From a virus (Duplodnaviria; Caudoviricetes): DNA of 64,000 bases. The stretch is from the IMG/VR virus record IMGVR_UViG_3300032229_000798, positions 2,199 through 66,198 of that record. One strand, given 5' to 3'. The first letter of the stretch is position 1; every line of letters starts with the position of its first letter. Shown piece after piece: positions 29,547 through 39,700 of this stretch. The notes under the pieces are model-generated. The model worked only from the letters and a program-made list of their open reading frames with translations. It was not told where the DNA came from and ran no database searches. The position numbers and the translations under genes were made by a program.

Positions 29547-30554
29547 TTAAAAATCTGTATCTAATGTGAAAGAATCAAAAGAATTTGAGTTTCCATTTTT
29601 TACACCAGCTTTTTGGTATTCACCTACTCTTTTTTCAAAGAAATTGGTTTTTCCTTCCAATGCAATGTTTTCCATAAAGTCAAATGGATTTTTAGCGAAA
29701 TATTCCTTTTCGTACCCAAGAGAAACTAATAATCTATCCGTTACAAATTCAAGATATTGTTTCATCATATCAGCATTCATACCAATAAGACGGACAGGTA
29801 GAGCCTCTGTTATGAAATCTTTTTCTATCTCTAATGCAGAACCAAGGATTTCTACAATCTTTTCCCTTGAGAGTTTATTCTCTATATGGTTTCTGTAAAG
29901 AAGACAGGCGAAATCTGTATGCAAGCCCTCGTCGCGAGATATAAGTTCATTGGAAAAAGAAAGCCCAGGCATTAAACCTCTTTTTTTAAGCCAGAATATA
30001 GAACAGAAAGAACCCGAAAAGAAAATACCCTCTACAGCAGCAAAAGCTATAAGCCTTTCCACAAAATTTGGACTGTTTATCCATTTAAGTGCCCACTCCG
30101 CTTTCAATTTAACTGCTGGGACTGTTTCTATTGCATTAAAAAGATAATCTTTCTCTTTTTCATCCGTTATATAAGTATCAATAAGGAGAGAGTAGACTTC
30201 AGAGTGAATATTCTCTATCATAATTTGAAATCCATAAAAACACCTTGCTTCAGCATATTGGATTTCTTGTAGAAAATTAACACCCAAGTTTTCATTAACT
30301 ATTCCATCAGATGCTGCAAAAAAAGCCAGCACGTGTTTGATATAGTGTTTTTCATCTTCAGTTAACTTTTCTCTCCAATCTGTGAGGTCTTGAGCAAGGT
30401 CTATTTCTTCAGCAGTCCAAAATGCAGCTTCATGTGTTTTATATGCTTGCCAAATATCATTATGTTTTATAGGAAATAAAACAAATCTGTTTGGGTCTTC
30501 TTGAAGAATTTTTTCGTTAAAATTTTGATTATTCAAAGTATTTTTGTTTGTCAT
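29547..30554 (-). CDS. nrdB: ribonucleotide reductase class Ia beta subunit
   Basis: [42 protein letters not shown]. Confidence 0.98.
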   Translation of the reverse strand: MTNKNTLNNQNFNEKILQEDPNRFVLFPIKHNDIWQAYKTHEAAFWTAEEIDLAQDLTDWREKLTEDEKHYIKHVLAFFAASDGIVNENLGVNFLQEIQYAEARCFYGFQIMIENIHSEVYSLLIDTYITDEKEKDYLFNAIETVPAVKLKAEWALKWINSPNFVERLIAFAAVEGIFFSGSFCSIFWLKKRGLMPGLSFSNELISRDEGLHTDFACLLYRNHIENKLSREKIVEILGSALEIEKDFITEALPVRLIGMNADMMKQYLEFVTDRLLVSLGYEKEYFAKNPFDFMENIALEGKTNFFEKRVGEYQKAGVKNGNSNSFDSFTLDTDF

Positions 30555-30629
30555 TTTTTAAAAAATTTAATGCGTGAATTTATTTTTTATTGTGTCATTT
30601 TAGATATTATAAATAACCCGAAAACAAAA

Positions 30630-32015
30630 TTATTGCTTTGGGTTCTTTTCATAAGCAGAAGTTACATTGTGGTCTTCGACCTTAATCTTTACCCTGCTAT
30701 TATCAAATTTGACATCATCGAATTTTACACGTCCAGAACCGAGGCGATTTTTCCAAATATTGATATTTGCTTTTCCACTCAATATCTGCTCCTCATCCTT
30801 TCCAATCGTCATCATAACGTGTGTTATTTTTTGAAGGTCTCCAGAACCAGAAAGCATACTTGGTTCAAGATCGCGGATACCGTGTGTACCCTTTTTACCT
30901 TGGAGTAATACCCAAGCAGCGCAATTGAAATTCGTCTCTGAAATAGCGTCTTCAATCTTTCTTAAAACTTCTGGTCCAGCAAGATAATCTTTGTCACCGT
31001 AATCGTTCTTGTCACCCTTGATACATTCAAGATAATCAATAATGATTAAATCCAATTTATACCCTTGCACCTTTTCGACGTGAAACAACGCTTGCTCGAT
31101 ATTAGACCAGTGTGTGTCGATTGCATCGAACTTTTTCACAATAAATTTGCCACCAACTTCTTCACCTTTACGCAAAATACTCTTGCAGTGGGTTTCAATG
31201 ATATGTTTGTTTTTAACATTCATTGATTCATCAATTGAAAATCCACTCCAGTTGGCTTGCAATTTTGAGAAAAGGTCGTTTTGTGTTCCCTCAAAGAACA
31301 CATAAAAAACTGTTTTACCCTCAAGAAATGCTGTGGTAGCGATGACAGCAGAAAAGGTTGTCTTACCTACACCTGTACCAGCACCAACTAAAATAAGGTC
31401 TCCACGTGAAGGCCCACCCTTGATAGCATCGTCAAAAGACTTTCCAAGCCCTGTCGGTATCGGAATGCGGGTTGTATCATCAACCAACTTAAAAGTCTCG
31501 CTACTGATAAGCAATGGCTTTTTGGAGGTATCATTAATCTCGATTGCCTTTCTTACTTTTTCTACCGCAGAATCACCGTCTTTAATTTTTCCTTTTTTCC
31601 ATTCGTTTTTAACACTCTCAACAATATGGATAAAATTCTGTTGCTGAATGAAGTTCCTCGCATTATCTTTTACGTGGTCTGCATTCTCTATTACAACGTG
31701 TTCAATATCGTTGAGGAACTGAAAAAACACTTCTCTGTCTGTACCATACTTGGCAGAATATATTTCCCTGATGGTGTCATAAAAGGGGATACTACGATAT
31801 TCCACGTAGTATCCCTTGATAATCTCAAGAAGTGTTTTTGAAAATGGAAGGGAAAAGTGTTTCGGATTTAGAATGCCTATCATAGAGACACCATATTCAA
31901 CGTCCCTATATAGTTCTTTCCCCTTCAACAAACGCCGTCCAATCAACTGGTTAAAAAACTTGATTTCAAATTTTTCACCAAATACCCCCAAATCTAATGT
32001 CTCATTCAAATCCAT
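30630..32015 (-). CDS. DnaB/T4 gp41-like replicative helicase
   Basis: IPTG, AGTGVGKT (Walker A), FFE, IIIDYLE, KNRLG. Confidence 0.88.
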   Translation of the reverse strand: MDLNETLDLGVFGEKFEIKFFNQLIGRRLLKGKELYRDVEYGVSMIGILNPKHFSLPFSKTLLEIIKGYYVEYRSIPFYDTIREIYSAKYGTDREVFFQFLNDIEHVVIENADHVKDNARNFIQQQNFIHIVESVKNEWKKGKIKDGDSAVEKVRKAIEINDTSKKPLLISSETFKLVDDTTRIPIPTGLGKSFDDAIKGGPSRGDLILVGAGTGVGKTTFSAVIATTAFLEGKTVFYVFFEGTQNDLFSKLQANWSGFSIDESMNVKNKHIIETHCKSILRKGEEVGGKFIVKKFDAIDTHWSNIEQALFHVEKVQGYKLDLIIIDYLECIKGDKNDYGDKDYLAGPEVLRKIEDAISETNFNCAAWVLLQGKKGTHGIRDLEPSMLSGSGDLQKITHVMMTIGKDEEQILSGKANINIWKNRLGSGRVKFDDVKFDNSRVKIKVEDHNVTSAYEKNPKQ

Positions 32016-32035
32016 GTCATAAATACTTTTAAATG

Positions 32036-32590
32036 TTAACGATAAAGTTCTTTACTATTAACAGAAAAAGTATTTACAGGTTGGAAACGCTTTTTGAACC
32101 TGTTATAGTACTTGTTCATAGAAAGCGTTTCTTTGAGTGTCGTCCGAATACCTGCATTGATTTCATTGTCTTTCCATATAGGGATGATGGAGAGGTTTTG
32201 GACGGCGAAAAAATCGTTGGCGTAGATTTCGTGCTCATACAATACACGGACTTCTTTGTTCTGGGAAATTGCACCATTTTCCCGAACAGCAGCCTCATGG
32301 TCTACAAGTTTGAAAATGTAACGGGAATTTGGGTCTTGCTTGGGAATCGGCTCGTCAGAATGCTTGTAAAGCATATCCTCCGTGATTCGACGCATATAGT
32401 CTTGAAAAATGTCGGTAATCTTACCAAAACATTCGACTATCTGTGTAGAATTTTCAACTGCCAAGTCTTCATTACCAAATTCTTTAAGAGGGGTAAAAAA
32501 GTTAAGATTGGTTAATTCTTGGGCCGTCCTTCCGTTGTGATAAATCACATGGAAGGTAAACCTTGCCTTAAAATCTTTTTGTTCAGTCAT
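32036..32590 (-). CDS. hypothetical protein
   Basis: 184-aa ORF within the replication operon. Confidence 0.65.
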   Translation of the reverse strand: MTEQKDFKARFTFHVIYHNGRTAQELTNLNFFTPLKEFGNEDLAVENSTQIVECFGKITDIFQDYMRRITEDMLYKHSDEPIPKQDPNSRYIFKLVDHEAAVRENGAISQNKEVRVLYEHEIYANDFFAVQNLSIIPIWKDNEINAGIRTTLKETLSMNKYYNRFKKRFQPVNTFSVNSKELYR

Positions 32591-33602
32591 TTTTTTTAAT
32601 TTTGTTTGTTAATAAAAAAGGTGAAGTGAAATTTCTAACATCCCCATCAAAATCAAGGTCTGTTCTTATTTGTTTGTAGATTTCTGTGCCTTTTAATTTA
32701 GCATAAAACTCTTTCAAATCCACGGGCAAAGATATGATGTTTTTTATTTCTTCAATACAATCTGGTGAAATAAATTTTTTATTATTCAAATTAATCAAAG
32801 TCTCCGCCAAATTATATCTCTCATCATCTTCCAAGAAATCTACCAAAATCTGAAGCCTCTTGCCTTTTTTTCCTTTGGATTGTTGTTCAAGACAATATTC
32901 CAAAAGGCTCCCCCTTTCATACGGACGTTTTATAAACATCGGGATTTCATTCAAGATAGATTTTTCAGAAAATCCTTTGGCACCATAGATGTTATCTGAT
33001 TCATCTCCGATAATAACCTTTCTCAAAAGAATGTTCTTGTGGGTCTGCTCGAAATAATATTCAAAGTTTTCACTGTTAATAAGCAGATTCTTTGGGTAGA
33101 TGTGGTCTTTAACCTGTATCCTGTTGAGATAGTAGATAAAAACATTTTTGTCAATCAACTGAAAATAATCATTGTCATTCGACAGTATCAATATATTTTC
33201 CTTGTCTTTATTCTGCCTTACATATTCAGCAATACAATCATCCGCTTCGACAAAAGGATGCTCATAAGAATTGATTCCCAACATTTTCATAATGGAAATT
33301 ATCATATCTTTCTGCTGATAATACGGGTCAATTCCATTAAAAAATCTGTTTCTCTTTTCTTTGTACGGTTCATAAATCTCCTTTCTCAATTTACCGCTTT
33401 CTGGGCCATCCCAAAAGAGAATGGTTTTATAAATCTGGTAAGTATGATTGTTTACATTCTCATTCAACAATCCCCTTAACTTCTTCATAAATCCCCAAAC
33501 GGCATGGATATTATGCTTGTGGAGGGCGTAGGATTTTACGCCCTCGAAGCATATTTTATAGAGATTCATTGCATCAACAATTAATACTGCCCTATTCTTC
33601 AT
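32583..33602 (-). CDS. 5'-3' exonuclease / flap endonuclease (T4 RNase H-like)
   Basis: LIVDA, FWDG...R...YEPYKEKR, EADDCIA, SNDNDYFQL, GDESDNIYG. Confidence 0.9.
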   Translation of the reverse strand: MKNRAVLIVDAMNLYKICFEGVKSYALHKHNIHAVWGFMKKLRGLLNENVNNHTYQIYKTILFWDGPESGKLRKEIYEPYKEKRNRFFNGIDPYYQQKDMIISIMKMLGINSYEHPFVEADDCIAEYVRQNKDKENILILSNDNDYFQLIDKNVFIYYLNRIQVKDHIYPKNLLINSENFEYYFEQTHKNILLRKVIIGDESDNIYGAKGFSEKSILNEIPMFIKRPYERGSLLEYCLEQQSKGKKGKRLQILVDFLEDDERYNLAETLINLNNKKFISPDCIEEIKNIISLPVDLKEFYAKLKGTEIYKQIRTDLDFDGDVRNFTSPFLLTNKIKKND

Positions 33603-34674
33603 TCGTCACAATTTCTTCAAATTCAACATTTTCAATATCAACGACATCAATTTCTCTGGTTATATTTGCAAAATATTCAATTATACCATCTTTATTATCT
33701 TTCTTATATTGTTCGAAAACAGATTTATCGGTAGCTGAAATAAAGCCATGTGGGGTAATGATAAGTTCACCTTCAGTGGAAATACCAGTAAAGTGGTTTT
33801 TTGTTACCCTGATTTTGGTTACTTTAGCAAGATCAATCGTCTTTCCATTGACTTTAAACGGCAACTTCTTCACAGCAGCTTCCAACATACCACCAAAATG
33901 AAGTTTGACAGCCATATCATACACAAAAGCCAAACCACCAGTCTCTTTAGGGTTTACACTATTGCTGCCAGCGTGAAGCCTCATAATTGAAACAAAGGTG
34001 ATATTGATTGGATATTCTTTGTACCTCGTCCTCGTAACAAGTGGTTCAATATAATTGCTAAAATTGTTCTTGTGTACTTTTGCGTTGTGCATCGGAAGGT
34101 CCATTTTATCTTCCTTGATTTTATCCATAGCTGGAGCACATTTGAGTTTATTCTGACTATCAACAAAAACACAAATGTCTTGCGGGAATTTCGTATCTAT
34201 TTTAGATGCAGGTACCAAGACATCTGCGATGATGTAGTCATACATCTCTTCAAGATTTTCAAAACCGTCTCTGAAAAGGAAATTACCTTTATCCCATACC
34301 TTAACAAGTTCACCAGTGTCTTCATCTACTACTTCTCGGTAATCACAATCCATACCCATGAATTTCGCGTGTTCAAAAGAAAATTTACCTTCAGTTGAGA
34401 CAATAATTGGATAGATGTTATTCTTTTGACATTCGATAATAGAATGCAAAAGTAAAGTGGTTTTTCCTGTATCAGAATAACCTGTAATAGAAGAACAGTT
34501 ATTTACTGGAAATCCTTTAAAACCTACTGCATCTGCCACACATGGTGGGAAATTAATATAACTAAGTGGTTTTTGTTTTCTTGATTGATTTGCAGGTGAT
34601 TTTTTATAAGACGTCCAAAAGTCCATTTTGTCATCAACATCGTTTGATGTTGGTTTATTAGTTTTTTTTGCCAT
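33592..34674 (-). CDS. RecA/UvsX-like recombinase
   Basis: GYSDTGKTT Walker A, STEGKF, VFVDS, TGG, KIRVTKNH. Confidence 0.8.
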   Translation of the reverse strand: MAKKTNKPTSNDVDDKMDFWTSYKKSPANQSRKQKPLSYINFPPCVADAVGFKGFPVNNCSSITGYSDTGKTTLLLHSIIECQKNNIYPIIVSTEGKFSFEHAKFMGMDCDYREVVDEDTGELVKVWDKGNFLFRDGFENLEEMYDYIIADVLVPASKIDTKFPQDICVFVDSQNKLKCAPAMDKIKEDKMDLPMHNAKVHKNNFSNYIEPLVTRTRYKEYPINITFVSIMRLHAGSNSVNPKETGGLAFVYDMAVKLHFGGMLEAAVKKLPFKVNGKTIDLAKVTKIRVTKNHFTGISTEGELIITPHGFISATDKSVFEQYKKDNKDGIIEYFANITREIDVVDIENVEFEEIVTNEE

Positions 34675-34700
34675 AGTTTAATTTTTTAGACGGTTTAAAA

Positions 34701-34731
34701 TGGGGATTACGAACTTACATCGCAATCCCCA
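34701..34731 (-). terminator. intrinsic terminator after the putative SSB gene
   Basis: TGGGGATT...AATCCCCA stem. Confidence 0.65.
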
Positions 34732-34769
34732 AAAAACCTAAATGAAACAGATTTACTTATTACATTAAC

Positions 34770-35762
34770 TTAAAATGGAAGGTCTTCATCATCGCTGACA
34801 ACAAATTCATCGTCATCTGGTGAAGAAGATGCACCTTTCGATGCAGGAACGGATGCAGGAGCCGTTGCGGGTGCATAATTGGTGACGTTTGCAATATCGA
34901 CATCTTGGCCGATAGAAACGTACTTGAACTTAACCACACCGTCTTTGTCAACACCGTTTTCAACAAGGTCATATCCCATTTGGTTGAGAACCTTCAGGAA
35001 CATATTTTTTGAAAAATTGACCATGTGATTTTTGATGAACTTGATGTAGAAAGAGTCCATAGAAGCCCTCAAAAGTTCTTTGTCGTCTGCATTGTCTTCC
35101 AGCAACTTGAGGTAGGTCTCATTCCAGTTGTCATTAACGACCTTGCTGGATTTTGAAGGGTCTCCAAAACGTGAGCCAATAGACTCTTCTCCTTGACGAA
35201 CATAGATGTTGAAAACCTGCTTGCCATTGATTACAAGAAGTTCTTTGTAGTCAGGTGGGCAATATGCCTTACCAACACTGATAGTTATTGGCTCAAGCAC
35301 ATTCGGGTCTACATTAGCCAGTTTCTGAAGCATTTCCTTACCCTTAAGGGTAAAGGCAGTCTTGATGATGTAAACAGCTCCGATAGCCTTATTGTTCTTC
35401 GGATTGTTTTGGTCAACCGCTTCGAAGGGGTTGATGTAGGTTTGGTTCGGATCAAACAGGGTGATTTGGATTTTCTTGGTAACTTTACCCTTAATTGTCT
35501 CTTCAATAACCGAAGCAGACTTCAAGAATCCAGAGACCTTCGTTTCTGAAGGGAGTGTCCAGTATTCCTTACCATCGCTGTGGCGTTTTTGGTTGTCATC
35601 AAGCCTTAGCGTGACCCTGAAATGTGCGGTGTCGTTAACACCTTTTTGGTAATTTTCCTCGTTTGGAGCGAGGACATTGGTGAACAGTGATAAGTAAGCT
35701 GTTTGAAACCCGACGAACGGGTTTTCTGATTGATTGGTACCATTGTTTTGGTTTCCTAACAT
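34770..35762 (-). CDS. putative single-stranded DNA-binding protein
   Basis: Flexible A/P linker and acidic C-terminal tail ending DDEDLPF; next to the RecA-like gene; own host-type promoter. Confidence 0.55.
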   Translation of the reverse strand: MLGNQNNGTNQSENPFVGFQTAYLSLFTNVLAPNEENYQKGVNDTAHFRVTLRLDDNQKRHSDGKEYWTLPSETKVSGFLKSASVIEETIKGKVTKKIQITLFDPNQTYINPFEAVDQNNPKNNKAIGAVYIIKTAFTLKGKEMLQKLANVDPNVLEPITISVGKAYCPPDYKELLVINGKQVFNIYVRQGEESIGSRFGDPSKSSKVVNDNWNETYLKLLEDNADDKELLRASMDSFYIKFIKNHMVNFSKNMFLKVLNQMGYDLVENGVDKDGVVKFKYVSIGQDVDIANVTNYAPATAPASVPASKGASSSPDDDEFVVSDDEDLPF

Positions 35763-35801
35763 AACATTGAAAGTTTAAAGTGTGTGAAAAAAATTGTGCT
35801 G

Positions 35802-35809
35802 CAAAGATA
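35802..35809 (-). promoter_or_regulatory. Bacteroidota -7 promoter element TATCTTTG
   Basis: + strand CAAAGATA in the intergenic region upstream of 35762. Confidence 0.65.
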
Positions 35810-35849
35810 CGATGTTATTTGGTAACTGAAAAGTTTTTTTCAAATTTTT

Positions 35850-36527
35850 TTAGAAACTATTTTTTACGTAGTTTTCATCGTAGCCTTTCATTACATCAGA
35901 AGATTTTAAAATATACTCCTCTGGCGCCTTTTCGACATCTGGGAGATTTTTTACATCGACCCTGAAAGTAGGGTCATCGTGCATATTCGTTTTTGCGTTA
36001 GCTACCATGTACTTATACTTGTCCTCCTGTGTCGGTTGCCAATAGTCAGTCAACTTGACATTGTAGGGGAAGCTGTGCAAGGATTGTAATTGCAATTTCT
36101 CTGTCGGTGTAGGAACGCGCATTTCCAATTCTCGTTTGACACGTTGTGCAGTTTCAGCAGATTTATTTTCCAAATCCTCGAATTTTTGGTTCAACTCTGA
36201 TTTAAAGGATTCATTTCCTTTCAGTAGTTCACCTATCTTTCCAAGAACGTCTTGTACTGTTTTATTTATTTCGTCTTGTTTTAGTACTAATTGGGTTACG
36301 TCGAGTTGGACGGCGTTATCTGAAACTTCTGCGGGTTGGGTACCAGTAGCATCAGCTGGGGCTGCATCCTGTGGGGCATTTGTGTCCTGTGGAACATCGC
36401 CTCCCTGTTGCTGTGCAGCGGCTGCTTGTGCAACATCTCCCAAACCAAAGGCATCATCAATCTCGTCTTCGTTCAATGGCCTTCTGCCGTAGTATTTGTA
36501 ATTGGTTATAAAATCAAAGTTATTCAT
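35850..36527 (-). CDS. hypothetical protein (LNE leader, acidic low-complexity region, coiled coil)
   Basis: 225-aa ORF. Confidence 0.7.
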   Translation of the reverse strand: MNNFDFITNYKYYGRRPLNEDEIDDAFGLGDVAQAAAAQQQGGDVPQDTNAPQDAAPADATGTQPAEVSDNAVQLDVTQLVLKQDEINKTVQDVLGKIGELLKGNESFKSELNQKFEDLENKSAETAQRVKRELEMRVPTPTEKLQLQSLHSFPYNVKLTDYWQPTQEDKYKYMVANAKTNMHDDPTFRVDVKNLPDVEKAPEEYILKSSDVMKGYDENYVKNSF

Positions 36528-36544
36528 CTTATCTGTTTTTAGGG

Positions 36545-36718
36545 TCAGTCTTTTAATAGTTGTCTTCCATCTTCAACAAGAAAGGTCTTATCCACGACTT
36601 CTAACATACCATTAGACTCTTTCATTTTTACACTTTTCCTTTTTACAGTCTTCTCTTTTGTTTCAACTGCTTCAAATTTTTCAGTTTTATTCAGGTACTG
36701 ATTCAAAATGTTTTTCAT
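36545..36718 (-). CDS. small hypothetical protein (57 aa), absent from the supplied ORF track
   Basis: Read manually: MKNILNQYLNKTEKFEAVETKEKTVKRKSVKMKESNGMLEVVDKTFLVEDGRQLLKD*; fills the gap; TATTTAT motif at 36739-36745. Confidence 0.7.
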   Translation of the reverse strand: MKNILNQYLNKTEKFEAVETKEKTVKRKSVKMKESNGMLEVVDKTFLVEDGRQLLKD

Positions 36719-36753
36719 TTTTAAAAATTGTTTTTTAAATAAATATTCAACTT

Positions 36754-39700
36754 TTATCTTTTCGATGCAATGTTTATGGCTGTCGGCATAAATTGGTATG
36801 CCATGACAGGTATGAAGTTGGCCGCTGGTTTCATATTCGAGATTTTATTGTTACTATGGAAATTATAAAAAATACCATTATAAAAAATACCAATATGTGT
36901 TATAATAGAAAAAGGATATTCGTTTGTTTTTGGTTTTAGATTGTCTGGAACCCGTCTGTTTATTGTCAATTGGTTTATTCTTGCTCGATTATTACTATTT
37001 TTAATAACTTCAAAAGATTCATCAATATATTTAGACCCAATTGTTAAACCAAAAAGAAAAGAACCATTTTTAAGCCCTGCATCTATAAGATCCTGATTAC
37101 TCCAATTAGTTAATTTTTGATTTGGAGAGAAATATTGAACATTACCATTTTCTGGTAATCCAACAGCCCATTCCCAAGCATCTCCTAAAATATTTTGGTT
37201 TTTATATATACCGAGTTCTGAAAGTGCAAGTTTAACCCATTTTGCACAGTTTGCACCAACGACACCGTAACTATTAAAATTGTTTGGATTAAATACAGAT
37301 GCTAAGTTACTACTAAACGTAGCTGAATTAATATTACTGCCCAATAAATACGAAGCAACTTTTCCATCTGAACCGACGACTCTAAAGACTTCGTTGGGGT
37401 TATTTACAGCAGTTGTTCCGATATTCAAGCCTCCAGATAAGATAGCATCTGCTTCTGCGGTAGTAAACCCGACATTTATAAGACCATCTCTACTATAATA
37501 TTCACTATCTTTTCCATCAACGATTATGCTGTAATCTTGAGCTGCTGTAACATCTGTCTGCAATTTATCATTCACTCCGATATTAAAGTAACTGGTAATC
37601 TTGTCAACAAGTGGGTACACAAATTTTGAAATTCGCCGTCCACCAAACTCCGTGACCATATCATGTGGAGTAATAGTGTGCTTAACATTAGTAATCATGT
37701 GTGCACCATGAAACAAAGGTATGTTATCCAACTGAAAATACATGGTCGGAAAAATCTGTGTATTTCCCATACATTCTACATCGGTTCTGTAACTTCTCAC
37801 AGCATAGGCATTATAAAGGTCTGCACCCATATAAATCCTTTTTGTGCCGCCCTTGCCTCCAGCCAATTGATCCTGAATAGTCATGCTTTCAGCAGTCTCC
37901 CTGTGGTCTTCCTGTGTAACATTTACCTTTTTAAAAATGCTTTGATTTTGGTCGGCATAAGAGACCCTGAAGATGCAGAGATTAAACTTGTCAAGATATT
38001 CTTTCGAGTATGGTGTAACACTGTTTACATAATAAGAAGGGACATTTTTTTGATTAAATCCAGGTGGCACAAACGTCTTGCTTCTTGCATTAAAATCAAA
38101 ACCGTCGTTTAAGTAATAAGCACTTTCTGCATTAAGGTCAAGTACTTTGCTGTTACCCGCAACATACTGGAAAATCATACATGAACCACCTTCGGTATTT
38201 TCGACGTTGGTGTAGGGTCTAAAGATATTAGACACCTCATTTTTATTTCCAAATTGAACGAAAGCTGGGATATTATAGAAGTTGAAATTGTTATCTTTTA
38301 TTATCCTCGAAATGAAAAAATAAATATTCCCATCTATCTGACCCGAATACGTCAAAAGTGGTGTGGGATTAAGAACAACCTTATCTCCAATATCAGACCA
38401 AGTCCTGTCAATAAAATAACAATGCTCAATTAATTTTGTGGGCCGATTACCTTTCCTTAGATACCTTGAGAAGTTATAAACCTTACCATCGCTCGTATTA
38501 TACGAAAGCCATTTATCGTAAATGTTTTTTAAGTGTTTGTAAATGACAATTTTTAAGTTCTTGTCAACCACCAAATTGTTTTCCTCTGCATTCTGTTCGG
38601 TATTTGCGTTGGGTGTAGCATTTTGTTTTGGGGGCAATAGATAAACAAAAGTCTCTGCAAATGTTTTAGCGTAAGCAGTAACCCTGTTGGTATCTGTCAT
38701 ATATACCATCTGGTTATCAGAAGGTACAGAGGGTATTATGACTTTGTTGACTCTCTTGAATAATTGTAATAATAAATCTTTTGCTTGGTTAAAATCATTT
38801 TTCGTAACAAATGAACTTTTACCATAATATAAATAAAAACCAACATATATATGAAAAAGAGAATTAGAAACTTCTATAACAAATTCTTTAAAAACATTTA
38901 GAAAATAATTGTTGTTGTCTTCGAAGGGTTGAAAAGGTTTAAATATGTTTTCATTTGCAATCAAAGAAAAATTTGGGTTATTTTTTATATCCTTTGTTAA
39001 AAAATCTGGATTGGTTTTTTGGTAAGATATTCCACCCAAATATGCAGCATAAAGATATGGTATATTCGATAGATTTGCAGAAGTTCTGTTTTTTAAGTTA
39101 GTATAATAAGTTGCATCTTTAAAACCAATAGAATATAAAAACATGAAAGTCAGCGCTTCGTTATTATTTTCACTATAATAAAATTGACGCCAAAGATCAG
39201 CACCTTTGTTATAGTTCGTAAAACTTAATCCCATGCCACTAAACAATGTCACATCATCCAAAAAAGTAATTAACGGTTCTGTCGTATCCAAAGTCCTGCT
39301 ACCGACCAATGTATTATATCTTAACAAAAGATGCTGGTAGATAGTCGGATTTGTGAAACAATCAGAATAATCGAGTATATTCAAAGCGATAGGTTCACTT
39401 ATAAAGAAGTTTTCATTTTTTAACCCTTCTGATAATACAGTAGATATATTTTTCCTGATTCTATTCGTTAGAACGTCTGTTATATTGGCAGCAAAAGTCT
39501 TTGGTGCAAAGCCTTTAAGACTTGTTTCAAGACTGTTTAAATCAGATAAAGGTATTTCATATAACGGATTTAGATTGGTTGTAGCAGTGGATGTATTATA
39601 TGATTGGTAATAATTTGTAAGATCACCTCTAACCTTTAGTCTTATGTTATCTACGTTGTTTTGGGCGTATTGGACGGCGGAATTTACAAAATCCGTTATG

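Noticed and set aside
18781-30554. Inteins or group I introns in the DNA polymerase or nrdA/nrdB
   Set aside because: nrdA and nrdB have normal lengths and continuous frames. The polymerase insertions lack intein splice-junction residues and homing endonuclease motifs.
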